Shown: positions 27,760 through 36,797, counted from the first letter of the stretch. The stretch is 64,000 nt of DNA from Actinobacteria bacterium HGW-Actinobacteria-7 (GCA_002841275.1 PHET01000004.1:87289-151288), one strand, 5' to 3'. Numbers and translations are program-made. The notes: a model not told the origin generated them from the letters alone.

Positions 27760-28467
27760 TCACTTGTCTTCAGGCTCACCCATCATGTCGACGACCTCGT
27801 CCTTCATCGTCTTGAGCCAGCCCAGTGCCTTCTTGCCGGTCTTGCTTTCCGAGGCGACCTTCGCGGCAGCTTTCACATAGAGAGTGGCCGTCTTCACAGC
27901 CTTGCCAGCGACGTCCTTGGCGACTGCCGTACCGCGCCCAGCCGCCGCCGCCGCACCACCGCTCGTGTCGGCGGCCTGTGCCTCGTCGGCGACCACAACC
28001 ACCTCGCCGTCGAAACCGTCCACCATGGTCACAGGGATGTCTCGAACGCCCACCGCAACGTCAGCAGCCGCTCCGGAACTCAGTCCAAGCGCAGACAGCT
28101 CACCGGTGTCAGAGTCGAACAGACCGTCCCGCACGGTGCCCAGCGAGACCCCGCTCCGGGTTCTCACCTGCATACCCTGCCAGACGACCGTGGCGTCCCA
28201 GGAGGTCTTCAGCCGACTGGCTGCGGGCTTGTCCCAGCTCTCCCGGCCGCCGGTGACCCTCAACTCACCATCGACGATGTCCACGCTGTCGAGTGCAAGA
28301 TATCGATCACGCCGATCGAGGATCATCAGCAAGCGAGGCCTCGCGACGACGAACCCCACCACGGTCTTCGACTGCGGCGCGAACAACACGTCGGACACAC
28401 GTCCGACGCGCTTCCCATTGGCCGAGAACACCTCATGCCGATAGACCTTGCGAAGTGAGAATGTCAT
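27760..28467 (-). CDS. PRC-barrel domain protein (two copies) with Lys/Ala-rich tail
   Basis: VFSANGKRVGRVSDVLF... and a second segment VRTRSGVSLGTVRDGLFD...; this call is by resemblance only. Confidence 0.6.
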   Translation of the reverse strand: MTFSLRKVYRHEVFSANGKRVGRVSDVLFAPQSKTVVGFVVARPRLLMILDRRDRYLALDSVDIVDGELRVTGGRESWDKPAASRLKTSWDATVVWQGMQVRTRSGVSLGTVRDGLFDSDTGELSALGLSSGAAADVAVGVRDIPVTMVDGFDGEVVVVADEAQAADTSGGAAAAAGRGTAVAKDVAGKAVKTATLYVKAAAKVASESKTGKKALGWLKTMKDEVVDMMGEPEDK

Positions 28468-28550
28468 GCCCCGCCTTCCGGCGACAGGAACACCAAGGCC
28501 GGCCCCGCATGCGCCCAGGACCGGCCTCGATAGTAACAGCGTTTACGCGG

Positions 28551-29156
28551 CTAGACCCCCGCGACGCCCGGATCGTCGGTGACGACCGGATTGAACGTAC
28601 CCGAACCTTCGTCACCCTTGGCCTTCTTGGCCACGAAATCGAGCGTGTCCTGGGCCTTCGCGCCAGCAGAATCGAATCCACTCTTGGTCACATCGGCTGC
28701 TCTGTCAACGACGTCCTTAGCGGCGGGAACAACGTCGCCCAGCTTGTCCTTGGCGGTCTCCGCGGTCTTGGCAACCTGGTCCTTGAGCCTATCACGGGCC
28801 TCATCGATCTTCGCGCGCATCTGATCGGATGACTCGGCGACCTTCTCCTTGCCAGTCGAGTAGGCCTCAGTCGCCTTGTCCTTGCTGGTGGAGTACAGTT
28901 CTGTGGCCTTCTCCTTGCCGGTCGAATACAGCTCGGTGGCCTTCTCCTTGCCGGTCTCGATGGCCTCAGAGGCCTTCTCTACGCCGGTGTGGTAGATCTC
29001 GACGCCCTCGCCCCAATACTCCTCGGCCTTCTCGGTCAGGATCTCGCGAGTCTCCTTGCCAGAACGCGGCGCGAACAACAGGCCCAGCACGGCGCCTACA
29101 AGGCCGCCCAGCAGGAATGCCCCGAACACTGACCCCCCACGGCGATATTCATACAT
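28551..29156 (-). CDS. YtxH domain general-stress-type protein with 11-aa repeats
   Basis: GGLVGAVLGLLFAPRSGKETRE is the YtxH motif. It is followed by repeats TGKEKATELYS / TSKDKATEAYS. Confidence 0.8.
   Translation of the reverse strand: MYEYRRGGSVFGAFLLGGLVGAVLGLLFAPRSGKETREILTEKAEEYWGEGVEIYHTGVEKASEAIETGKEKATELYSTGKEKATELYSTSKDKATEAYSTGKEKVAESSDQMRAKIDEARDRLKDQVAKTAETAKDKLGDVVPAAKDVVDRAADVTKSGFDSAGAKAQDTLDFVAKKAKGDEGSGTFNPVVTDDPGVAGV
28822..28986 (-). repeat. 33-bp in-frame tandem repeat (about 4-5 units) inside the ytxH-like gene
   Basis: Units at 28855, 28888, 28921 and 28954, for example gtggagtacagttctgtggccttctccttgccg / gtcgaatacagctcggtggccttctccttgccg. Confidence 0.7.
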
Positions 29157-29248
29157 AACCCAAGCACCTCCGTCATCGATGCGAATACCCTTGGTAGAGT
29201 CGCTAGGGGACCCAACGAACTCGTCAGGCCCTAACTACCTATACCCCA

Positions 29249-30196
29249 TTAGCTCCGGGCAAGTGCAGCCGCGATGACCTTTGATACCACGTCTTGGAAA
29301 GTCATGCCAGCCGCCTTGGCGGCCATTGGCAGAAGGGAAGTCTCGGTCATGCCCGGCGAGGTGTTGCACTCGAGGACCTGCGGGACGCCCGCACTGTCGA
29401 TCACCATGTCGACGCGGCTCACATCTCGGCATCCGATCAGCTGATGGACGCGCGCTGCAATGGACGCAGCGCGAGCGGCAACGTCGGCGCTGACCCTGGC
29501 CGGGACAAAGAAATCCGCTCCGTCTGCCGCCATGCGTGCGTCGAAGTCATAGAGCGCGCCCGTGGGGACGATCTCAACGGCGGGTAGCACCTCGACCTCG
29601 TCTCCGGTCCCCAGGACGGTGATTGCCAGTTCGGTCCCATCAATCCAACGCTCGACGATCGCAGCGGTGTCATACGACAGCGCGTCGAGAAGCGCCTCGG
29701 CCAGCTGTCCCGCGCTCTGCACCTTGCGCATCCCCAGCGCAGAGCCCTGCCGAGAAGGCTTCACGGCCACCGGGAACCCACCAACCGCCTCTCCCATCAG
29801 GTCGATCGCGGTGGCGGCACCCATCTCCTTGAACGCATCGGCGGTCAGTGTGACCCACGCTGGAGTGGACACGCCGTTCTCGGCGAGAAGATGCTTGGTG
29901 ACCGACTTGTCCCACGAGAGTGCGCTCGCGACGACTCCGGGACCGGTGTAGGAGATGCGGAGGAACTCGAGCAGCTCCTGGATGGTGCCGTCCTCCCCAT
30001 ACTTGCCGTGAAGGGCGATGTACGCCGCGTTGGGGCGCTCGCTTCGCAGGGTGCCCACGAGGTCAGCGGTCACGTCGAGCGCGAGCACGTAGTAGCCGGC
30101 TGCCTCAAGCGCAGCGCAGACTTGTCGGCCACTGGACAGTGATACTTCGCGCTCGAGCGAGCGCCCGCCCATCAGAACCGCGATCTTCTCTCTCAC
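29249..30196 (-). CDS. D-Ala-D-Ala-ligase-family ATP-grasp enzyme with variant omega-loop residues
   Basis: Trimmed to the GTG at 30196 (GTGA overlap with the aminotransferase stop). Contains KIAVLMGGRSLEREVS, KPSRQGSALGM and NTSPGMT. Where E. coli DdlB has FYDYEAKY, this protein has LYDFDARM. Confidence 0.85.
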   Translation of the reverse strand: MREKIAVLMGGRSLEREVSLSSGRQVCAALEAAGYYVLALDVTADLVGTLRSERPNAAYIALHGKYGEDGTIQELLEFLRISYTGPGVVASALSWDKSVTKHLLAENGVSTPAWVTLTADAFKEMGAATAIDLMGEAVGGFPVAVKPSRQGSALGMRKVQSAGQLAEALLDALSYDTAAIVERWIDGTELAITVLGTGDEVEVLPAVEIVPTGALYDFDARMAADGADFFVPARVSADVAARAASIAARVHQLIGCRDVSRVDMVIDSAGVPQVLECNTSPGMTETSLLPMAAKAAGMTFQDVVSKVIAAALARS

Positions 30197-31470
30197 GCCG
30201 CTCCCTCCTCGACTTCGATAGCACCCGCGGCAATGAATGCGCGGTAGAGTTCCAGTCGGTCTTCGAGCACCTCGGCCAGCCGCCGGATCCCCTCGGCGAT
30301 CTTCTCTGGCTCGGCGTAGCAGAACGCCAGCCGCATGCAGTTGCGCCCACGACCGTCGGGGTAGAACCCGTCGCCCGGCACGAATGTGACGCCGTGCTCG
30401 ACCGCCTCGGCGAGCATGGAAGCGCAGTCGACATAGGGCGGCATCTCGACCCACACGAAGAAGCCACCATCCGGCCTGGTCCATCGCGCTTCCGGTGGGA
30501 AGTGCTCGTCGAGCGCCGCGAGCATCGCGTCACGGCGTTCCGAGTACGTCGCCGTCAGCCCCTGAAGCACGCGCCGCCACCGCGTGCCCAGGAAGTAGCG
30601 CTCGGCGGTGACCTGCGCGAAGTTGCTACCGCACAGGTCAGCGCCCTGCTTTACCAGAAGTATCTTGGCCAGTATCGGCCGAGGGGCTGTGACCCAGCCC
30701 AGTCGCAGGCCCGGCGCAAAGATCTTCGAGAACGTGCCCAGGTAGATGACCTCGTCGTCGAGTGAGCGCAGCGGCTTCATGTGTCCGCCCTCAAAACGCA
30801 GACGTCCGTACGGATCGTCCTCGACCACGGGGATGTCGTACTCGCGCGCCAGCTCGAGCAGCCTGCGCCGGCGCTCCGGTGACATCGTCACGCCAGCCGG
30901 GTTCTGGAAGTTCGGAATCGTGTAGATGAACTTCGCACCACGCGGCCCCAGACGCTTCAGCTCCTCCTCGAGCAGGTCCGTGCGCATCCCGTCGTCGTCC
31001 ATGGGGATGCAGCGGATATCGGGCTGGTATGCCGAGAAGGCCTGAAGGGCTCCCACATACGTGGGCCCCTCGGTGATGATGACATCGCCGGGATCGATGA
31101 ATGCCTTGGCGATCAGATCGAGCGCCTGCTGCGCGCCCGCGGTCACCACGACCTCGCCAGGCGAGAGGCGCACGCCAATCTCGGCCATCAGCTCGGCAAT
31201 GATGGTGCGAATCTGCTCGCGCCCTTCGCTGGAACCATACTGCAGCGCAGCGGCTCCCTCGTGCATGATCGCCTCGGACGCCGCTTGGGCGACCGCCGCA
31301 ATGGGGACCCTCGAAACCTCCGGCATGCCTCCGGACAATGAGATCATGTCGGGCATCGACGCTGCCGCGAACAGGTCTCGGACGGCGCTCGAGCGTACGC
31401 TGGCGATCCGCCTCGCGTACCGATCCCCCCACCTATCGAACACCACACGTGCGGTACCCATACCCGTCAC
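30193..31470 (-). CDS. PLP-dependent aminotransferase, class I/II (LysN/ARO8-like)
   Basis: Contains NFQNPAG and the PLP lysine in TFSKIFAPGLRLGW. The start is GTG 31470 or ATG 31461, the latter after AGGTGA. Confidence 0.85.
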   Translation of the reverse strand: MTGMGTARVVFDRWGDRYARRIASVRSSAVRDLFAAASMPDMISLSGGMPEVSRVPIAAVAQAASEAIMHEGAAALQYGSSEGREQIRTIIAELMAEIGVRLSPGEVVVTAGAQQALDLIAKAFIDPGDVIITEGPTYVGALQAFSAYQPDIRCIPMDDDGMRTDLLEEELKRLGPRGAKFIYTIPNFQNPAGVTMSPERRRRLLELAREYDIPVVEDDPYGRLRFEGGHMKPLRSLDDEVIYLGTFSKIFAPGLRLGWVTAPRPILAKILLVKQGADLCGSNFAQVTAERYFLGTRWRRVLQGLTATYSERRDAMLAALDEHFPPEARWTRPDGGFFVWVEMPPYVDCASMLAEAVEHGVTFVPGDGFYPDGRGRNCMRLAFCYAEPEKIAEGIRRLAEVLEDRLELYRAFIAAGAIEVEEGAA

Positions 31471-31497
31471 CTACCCCTGGAGACGCGAAACGTCCCC

Positions 31498-31539
31498 GAG
31501 AAACAGAACAGCCCCCTCCGCCTGATAGGGCGAGGGGGC
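31498..31539 (-). terminator. intrinsic terminator of the T-box leader
   Basis: The minus strand reads GCCCCCUCGCC-cuaucag-GGCGGAGGGGGC followed by UGUUCUGUUUCU. Confidence 0.8.
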
Positions 31540-31750
31540 ATCGCGGTACCACCTATCTTCGCTCGATCGCGCCGATCCTCTCGGCGATCTCAAGCCTCAT
31601 TCCCGGGATACCGGTCCGGGACCGACCCGCTTCCGTACGGCGTCAGCCGCCCTGGCGGGGGACATCGGAGGGGTGGCCGGGCATCGCGCCCTCTTCCCTC
31701 ACGTCCGTGGTGTCATATCCAGTCCTGCCAAGAAGAACCTCGCAGGTGTT
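31498..31750 (-). promoter_or_regulatory. T-box tRNA-sensing leader
   Basis: The minus strand 31554-31542 reads AGGTGGTACCGCG (T-box core). The antiterminator is GAUAGG/[UGGUACC]/GCG..CGC/CCUAUC, with a competing terminator. Upstream, GUGAGGGAAGAGGGC resembles the K-turn and specifier-loop 5' strand. Confidence 0.85.
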
Positions 31751-31755
31751 GGGGC

Positions 31756-31785
31756 ACTCTATCACCGTGGAGCGCACAGGGTCAA
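31756..31785 (-). promoter_or_regulatory. candidate sigma-70-type promoter for the T-box operon
   Basis: The minus strand has TTGACC (31785-31780), an 18-nt spacer and TAGAGT (31761-31756). Confidence 0.35.
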
Positions 31786-31877
31786 CGCTCGGCCGCCGGG
31801 CGTCAACCTCGCGTCACCATGCCTGATCATCGGGCACGGTGTATATTCCGCGCTCTGCCCACCACGATGGTGGCGAT

Positions 31878-34805
31878 CTATCGGCCGAAACGCTCCCCAA
31901 TCGCTTCAACCACCTGCGTGCTCACCATACGCTCGACGTCTGCCACGGGCAGCGCTTCGAGGAACCGTGCGCCATACCCCTTGCGAACCACCCGCGCATC
32001 GGCGATCACGAGGCAGCCCGTGTCGGTGCTGCTCCGAATCAGCCGGCCAGCGGCCTGCTTCAGTTCAAGCACCGCTTCGGGAAGAGAATAGCGATTCCAC
32101 GCGGCACGTCCTTCTCGGCGTTCTCGCTCGCACGACAACGGATCCGTGGGGCGGCCGAACGGAAGCTTGGGCACGACCACGCAGCGCAGCGTGTCGCCCT
32201 TCGCGTCGAAACCCTCCCAGAAACTCTTGAGGGCGAAGAGCGAGAGGTGCTCATCAGCCAGAAACTCGTCGCGCAGGCGCTTGGCCGACGTTCCCCTACG
32301 CTGACAGATCAGATCCAAACCCTTCGTCCGCAATCGTGGCTCCAGCAGCGCATGGAGGCGCTCCATGTCGCGGCGATTGGTGAAGAGCGTCAGCACGCTC
32401 CCACCCATAGCCACATGCACACCCTCAAGCAGCGCCTCGAGCCGGGACAGATAGCCCGCTTCTCGCGGTTCCGGCAGATCCGTTGGCACGAACACCGCCA
32501 TCTGACGTTCGAACTCGTAGCTCGATTCGAGGCGCAGCGCGCGCCACTTCGCGCGGTCCAGACGATCGAGTCCCACGCTGCGTGCGAAGTGCTCGAACGA
32601 CTCTCCTGCCGCGATGGTGGCTGAGGTGAAGACCACGCTGTGCGCCCGCGGATAGAGATCCTCTGCAAGCACTTCCCCGATATCCAACCGCTCGGCGACG
32701 AGCTTCTCGGCATTGATGCCTGCCCGACGATCGAGCGTTGCCGAGTAGACCAGCGCGTCATTCTCCCCGTCGACCACCGCCACAAGGCCCAGATGCTGAT
32801 CTGCAAGTCGGGTGAGCAGCCCGACAAGGTCAGCGCGCGGGTCGGAAGCCTCGGGACCGTACTCTTCGAGTCTAGTCACGAGTTCCCGCCCCTCAGCAAG
32901 CAGCTCCGCGAGTCGTCGCGCGAGCGAGCGCCCCGTCGATGCGACCGTGCCCCAAGGCCCGCTCTCCCGCACCTGATCGGTCAGCCAGAGCTCGGCGGCG
33001 TCGTAGTCGCTGTCCCCCGCAAGCGGCGCGAGGTCCTTCACGAACTCGAAAAGCGATTGGGCCAGCGTCGCGCAGCGCTGAGTGCCCTCCTCCATCTGCG
33101 TGATGAGCCCTAGGAGCGCCCCCGCGTGCTGGTCGCCCGCGAGCTTCTTGCGCACAGACTCGAGCAGGCCTCCACGCTTCGTATGTAGTGCGCCGAGGAC
33201 CACCGACAGCTCCAGTTGGCTCGCGCCCAGCGTGAGCTGCTTGCGTGCTTCACTCTCCGCCGAGTGCGCTTCGTCGATGATCCAGTGCCGCACCGGTGGC
33301 AGTATCCCACCCTGCGCCACGACGTCCCTGAAGAGCAGCGCGTGGTTGGTAACCACGATGTTCGAGCTAGCGGCGCGACGGCGAACCCCATGCAGGTAGC
33401 ACAGATTGGGGTAGTAGCGGCAGCGCTTGTGCGTACAGTCGGCCTGGCTCGCCTGGACCGAGGCGCGCAGCTCGCGCCGCCAATGCAGGTTGACCGCGTC
33501 GAGATCTCCCCAAGCGCTCTGCCCCACCCACGCGATCAACATCGCAATCGCCGAGATGAGCTCGGGATCAGACCCGTCGTGCAGCTCTCCTGCCGCACGT
33601 TCGAGCTTGCGCAGGCACGGATAGTGGTCGTAGCCCTTCAGTGCGACGTAGCGGAGCTCTCCTCCCAGCGCCTCGTTCAGACGCGGCAGCTCGTGGTAGA
33701 CCAGCTGGTCCATGAGCGCATTGGTCTTGGTCGCGACGCCTACCCCCACCCGATTCTCAAGTGAGAAGAGGGCCGCGGGGACCAGGTAGGCCATGGACTT
33801 GCCCACGCCCGTTCCTGCCTCGATGGCCACATGCGTGGATGTCTCGAAGGAGGCGAGCACCGCCCGCGCCATCTCGACCTGCTCGGAACGCTTCTCGAAT
33901 CCGGGGTACATGCGCCCCGCGAGGCCTCCGGTCGCGAACTCCGCTGCCACCTCCTCGGACGCCGGACACGTGCACTCGATATCATCGGCATCGCGCAGCG
34001 TCTCGCCCTTGTCGGCTGCGACCCTGCGTCTGCGCACCTCCTTCAGGTCATAGGCAGCACGCGGATGAGCCGCGGCGATCCGGGCGAGCCACGGCCGTTC
34101 AGGCCACGGAGCGCTGGGTGCAAGGCCTGCGATGCGGGAGATCAGCCCGGGCTCGAGTTCGGCCACTCCGGTCAGCGCGACGCGCCAGATGCGCGTGAGC
34201 GCCTCGACGTCGTGCGCGGCCCGATGAGCGGAGTCGGTGAGTTCCGGTGCGAACGCCGCAGCCAGATCGGTGAGTCTGTGGCTGCGCACGCGCGGTAGCC
34301 CGATTCGGGTGAAGACCAGGGAGTCGAGCCATGTCGTCGCGACGACTCCCCTCCCCGCGACAGCCTCGAGAAACCCTCTGTCGAACGCACCGTTGTGCGC
34401 AACGACCTCTCGGCCTCCCGCGAACTCAGCGAGTCTGGCGACTGCGGCCTCTGCGCAAGGAGCGCCCTGCACCGTCTGGTCATCGATACCCGTGAGTTTC
34501 GTGATCTCGGTGGGGACAGGCACCATGGGGTCCACCAGTGAGCTGAACCGCTCAAGCACCTCTGGACCTCGCATGATGGCGGCGGCCACCTCGATGATCC
34601 GATCGCGGGAAGCGTCATAGCCGGTCGTCTCGATATCGAGGACGCAGACCTCTTCCTCGAACCCGAAGGTCGCTTCTCGGGCGCGCTCGGCAAACGTCGC
34701 ATAGGCGTCGACGATATCCGGATCGGTGCCCGGAAGAATCAGCGATGAGAGGGCATCTGAGGTCACGGCCGCCAGCGTATCACGCGGCTGCGACAGTTCC
34801 GGCAC
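31878..34805 (-). CDS. dinG: DinG-family helicase fused to an N-terminal DEDDh exonuclease
   Basis: VLDIETTGYD...HNGAFD...HRAAHD is the exonuclease part. AIEAGTGVGKS and IIDEAHS are the helicase part. The start codon is uncertain: the GTG at 34805 abuts the upstream terminator. Confidence 0.85.
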   Translation of the reverse strand: MPELSQPRDTLAAVTSDALSSLILPGTDPDIVDAYATFAERAREATFGFEEEVCVLDIETTGYDASRDRIIEVAAAIMRGPEVLERFSSLVDPMVPVPTEITKLTGIDDQTVQGAPCAEAAVARLAEFAGGREVVAHNGAFDRGFLEAVAGRGVVATTWLDSLVFTRIGLPRVRSHRLTDLAAAFAPELTDSAHRAAHDVEALTRIWRVALTGVAELEPGLISRIAGLAPSAPWPERPWLARIAAAHPRAAYDLKEVRRRRVAADKGETLRDADDIECTCPASEEVAAEFATGGLAGRMYPGFEKRSEQVEMARAVLASFETSTHVAIEAGTGVGKSMAYLVPAALFSLENRVGVGVATKTNALMDQLVYHELPRLNEALGGELRYVALKGYDHYPCLRKLERAAGELHDGSDPELISAIAMLIAWVGQSAWGDLDAVNLHWRRELRASVQASQADCTHKRCRYYPNLCYLHGVRRRAASSNIVVTNHALLFRDVVAQGGILPPVRHWIIDEAHSAESEARKQLTLGASQLELSVVLGALHTKRGGLLESVRKKLAGDQHAGALLGLITQMEEGTQRCATLAQSLFEFVKDLAPLAGDSDYDAAELWLTDQVRESGPWGTVASTGRSLARRLAELLAEGRELVTRLEEYGPEASDPRADLVGLLTRLADQHLGLVAVVDGENDALVYSATLDRRAGINAEKLVAERLDIGEVLAEDLYPRAHSVVFTSATIAAGESFEHFARSVGLDRLDRAKWRALRLESSYEFERQMAVFVPTDLPEPREAGYLSRLEALLEGVHVAMGGSVLTLFTNRRDMERLHALLEPRLRTKGLDLICQRRGTSAKRLRDEFLADEHLSLFALKSFWEGFDAKGDTLRCVVVPKLPFGRPTDPLSCERERREGRAAWNRYSLPEAVLELKQAAGRLIRSSTDTGCLVIADARVVRKGYGARFLEALPVADVERMVSTQVVEAIGERFGR

Positions 34806-34806
34806 G

Positions 34807-34836
34807 CAAAACGGCCACCCCTGAGGGCGGCCGTTT
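34807..34836 (-). terminator. intrinsic terminator after the 34866..35465 gene
   Basis: The minus strand reads AAACGGCCGCCC-uca-GGGGUGGCCGUUUUG. Confidence 0.7.
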
Positions 34837-34865
34837 GACTGACCATAGTCCGGCGTGGGCCGAAA

Positions 34866-35465
34866 TTACTTCATGCCCGTAACGGCCTTGCTCGCGACAT
34901 ACCAAGTGCCGTCCTTCTTCACGAAGGTCCACTGGTTCTCGAAAGTGCCGTAGGAGGCAGTGACCTGATCCGCAATGACGGTGGCCTTGTCCTTCTCGAT
35001 GTTGGAGCCGGCAATCGAGAAGCTCTGCACGCTGTAGCCTTCGACCTGCTGCTGCAGACCCTCGGGGGTCTGGCCCTGCTGCTTGTCGGCAGGGAGCATG
35101 CTGTAGGCCGCAGCCCAGTCGCCCTTGTCACAAGCCTCGTAGTAGGCCGTGACGAAGTCCGTCGGCGTGCCCTTGGCAACCTTGGTCGCACCCGAGACAT
35201 CGAACGCCGCAGGGTCGGGAGCAGCCTGATTGGGCGTACCCGAGTTCGTGCTCGGAGCCGTGCTCGGAGCCGCCGCGTTGGGATCGGCTGCGGGGTTGGC
35301 AGCGGGGTCCGTGGCGACAGGAGCGGAAGCCACCGGGACAGCAGGAGCGGCCGCACGGGTCTGCTGCCAGATCATCACGCCAACGATTGCCGCGAGCAGA
35401 ACGGCGATCACGGCAAGCGCGATCATGATCATCTGCTGATTGTTGTTCTGAGCCTGTTCCGACAT
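34866..35465 (-). CDS. membrane-anchored protein with Pro/Ala linker and NTF2-like C-terminal domain, function unknown
   Basis: 199 aa with an N-terminal TM helix, a low-complexity PA-rich spacer and a globular tail. Confidence 0.65.
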   Translation of the reverse strand: MSEQAQNNNQQMIMIALAVIAVLLAAIVGVMIWQQTRAAAPAVPVASAPVATDPAANPAADPNAAAPSTAPSTNSGTPNQAAPDPAAFDVSGATKVAKGTPTDFVTAYYEACDKGDWAAAYSMLPADKQQGQTPEGLQQQVEGYSVQSFSIAGSNIEKDKATVIADQVTASYGTFENQWTFVKKDGTWYVASKAVTGMK

Positions 35466-35572
35466 GTGAATCCCTTCTTGATACCTTGGAAACTGAGCGC
35501 TTCCGCGCCCAGTCAGTCTACAAGCTGGTCAAGCTCGCGTACAGTTTCTTAATGTGGTGATACGATGAGCGA

Positions 35573-36244
35573 ATGACACGCCAACGGAGCCTATTCGATG
35601 TTGTGGGTCCCGTGATGATCGGGCCCAGTTCCAGCCACACGGCTGGAGCAGTACGCTTGGGAGCCCTCGCCCGCGCGGTCTTCGGATCGCAGCCAAAGCG
35701 AGCCCAGATAGCGCTGCACGGGTCGTTTGCCACCACCGGGCTGGGTCATGGAACCGACTTGGCTTTGGTCGCGGGACTCCTCGGCATGACCCCCGATGAT
35801 GTGCGGATTCCTCATGCCCTCGAAGAAGCCCTGAGTGCTGGACTATCGGTCGAGTTCACCAGCGTCGAGCTTGGAGAGGTGCACCCCAATACCGCCGAGT
35901 TCGCCCTCTTCGACGCGGCTGGAAACATGATGTGCATCCGAGGTTCGTCACTCGGGGGTGGCGAGGTTGTGGTGACCGCAATCGACGGTTTCGAGGTGAT
36001 TGCCAACGGCGAGCTGCCGCTTCTGGTGGTCGATCACACCGACCGCCCCGGCGTGATCGCAGCGGTCACGGGCATACTCGCCGACAGCGGGACCAACATC
36101 GCCGAGATGCGCGTCTCCCGGGAACGGCGTGGTGCGCGAGCCCTCATGCTTATCGAGACAGACGTCGAGGTGGATGATGTGTGCTCGGCAAGCATCGCCA
36201 AACAGCCCGGCGTTTCAAGCGTCCGCCACGTTCCCGCGGTCTGA
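35573..36244 (+). CDS. sdaAB: L-serine ammonia-lyase (Fe-S type) beta subunit
   Basis: Contains SLFDVVGPVMIGPSSSHTAGAVRLG and a C-terminal ACT-like domain. Confidence 0.9.
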   Translation: MTRQRSLFDVVGPVMIGPSSSHTAGAVRLGALARAVFGSQPKRAQIALHGSFATTGLGHGTDLALVAGLLGMTPDDVRIPHALEEALSAGLSVEFTSVELGEVHPNTAEFALFDAAGNMMCIRGSSLGGGEVVVTAIDGFEVIANGELPLLVVDHTDRPGVIAAVTGILADSGTNIAEMRVSRERRGARALMLIETDVEVDDVCSASIAKQPGVSSVRHVPAV

Positions 36245-36259
36245 GCCCGGCCCGTTGCT

Positions 36260-36787
36260 CTAGTCTGCGTCGTCGGCGGGGGTATGTGCGGGGGCCTGCG
36301 GCGACCAGGCGGCACTCGCAGGATCGGTGAACAGCCGCATCTCAGGCGACTCCACGAACCCGAACTTCTCGTAGAGACCCTTGCCCGCCGGGCTGTAGTG
36401 CAGGGAGACCACATCGGCCCCGTTGGCCCGAGCGTGCTTGATGGCGGCCTCGATGAGCTGATGCGCGATACCCTCGCGCCGGTGGTCCGGCGTGACATAG
36501 GCGGCCAGGATGTAGGCTTGTCGGCCGCTCAGGTTGCGAACAGTCGGAGGGACTCGCTCCCACAGGAGCCCCACACCGCCAACAGGCTCACCCTCCTTCT
36601 CGGCGATCCACGCTGCGAAGTCGCCTGCGGCACGGGCATCCGTGACGTAGCGCGCGTAGGCGGGAGCCAGTTGGGCGAGTCGCTCTTCGTCAGTCCACCC
36701 CATGTCGCGGAACATGGCGCTGCGGAACTCCACGAGAAGCGCGATGTCACCGTCAGAGGCGGGGCGGATGTCGGCTGCAGAAGTCAT
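36260..36787 (-). CDS. GNAT N-acetyltransferase
   Basis: Trimmed to the ATG at 36787. Contains RREGIAHQLIEAAI...LYEKFGF. Confidence 0.75.
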   Translation of the reverse strand: MTSAADIRPASDGDIALLVEFRSAMFRDMGWTDEERLAQLAPAYARYVTDARAAGDFAAWIAEKEGEPVGGVGLLWERVPPTVRNLSGRQAYILAAYVTPDHRREGIAHQLIEAAIKHARANGADVVSLHYSPAGKGLYEKFGFVESPEMRLFTDPASAAWSPQAPAHTPADDAD

Positions 36788-36797
36788 TGGCGACAGT

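Noticed and set aside
29249-30484. Long N-terminal extensions of track ORFs. Examples are the Ddl-like gene to 30484, ddl to 46086, addA to 57000, the SMC-like ATPase to 14689, the ABC ATPase to 17565 and rsmG to 62460.
   Set aside because: The extensions overlap the upstream gene in another frame and are Arg-rich nonsense. The conserved N-terminal motifs begin at internal ATG or GTG codons, which often form 4-nt start/stop overlaps (ATGA/GTGA).
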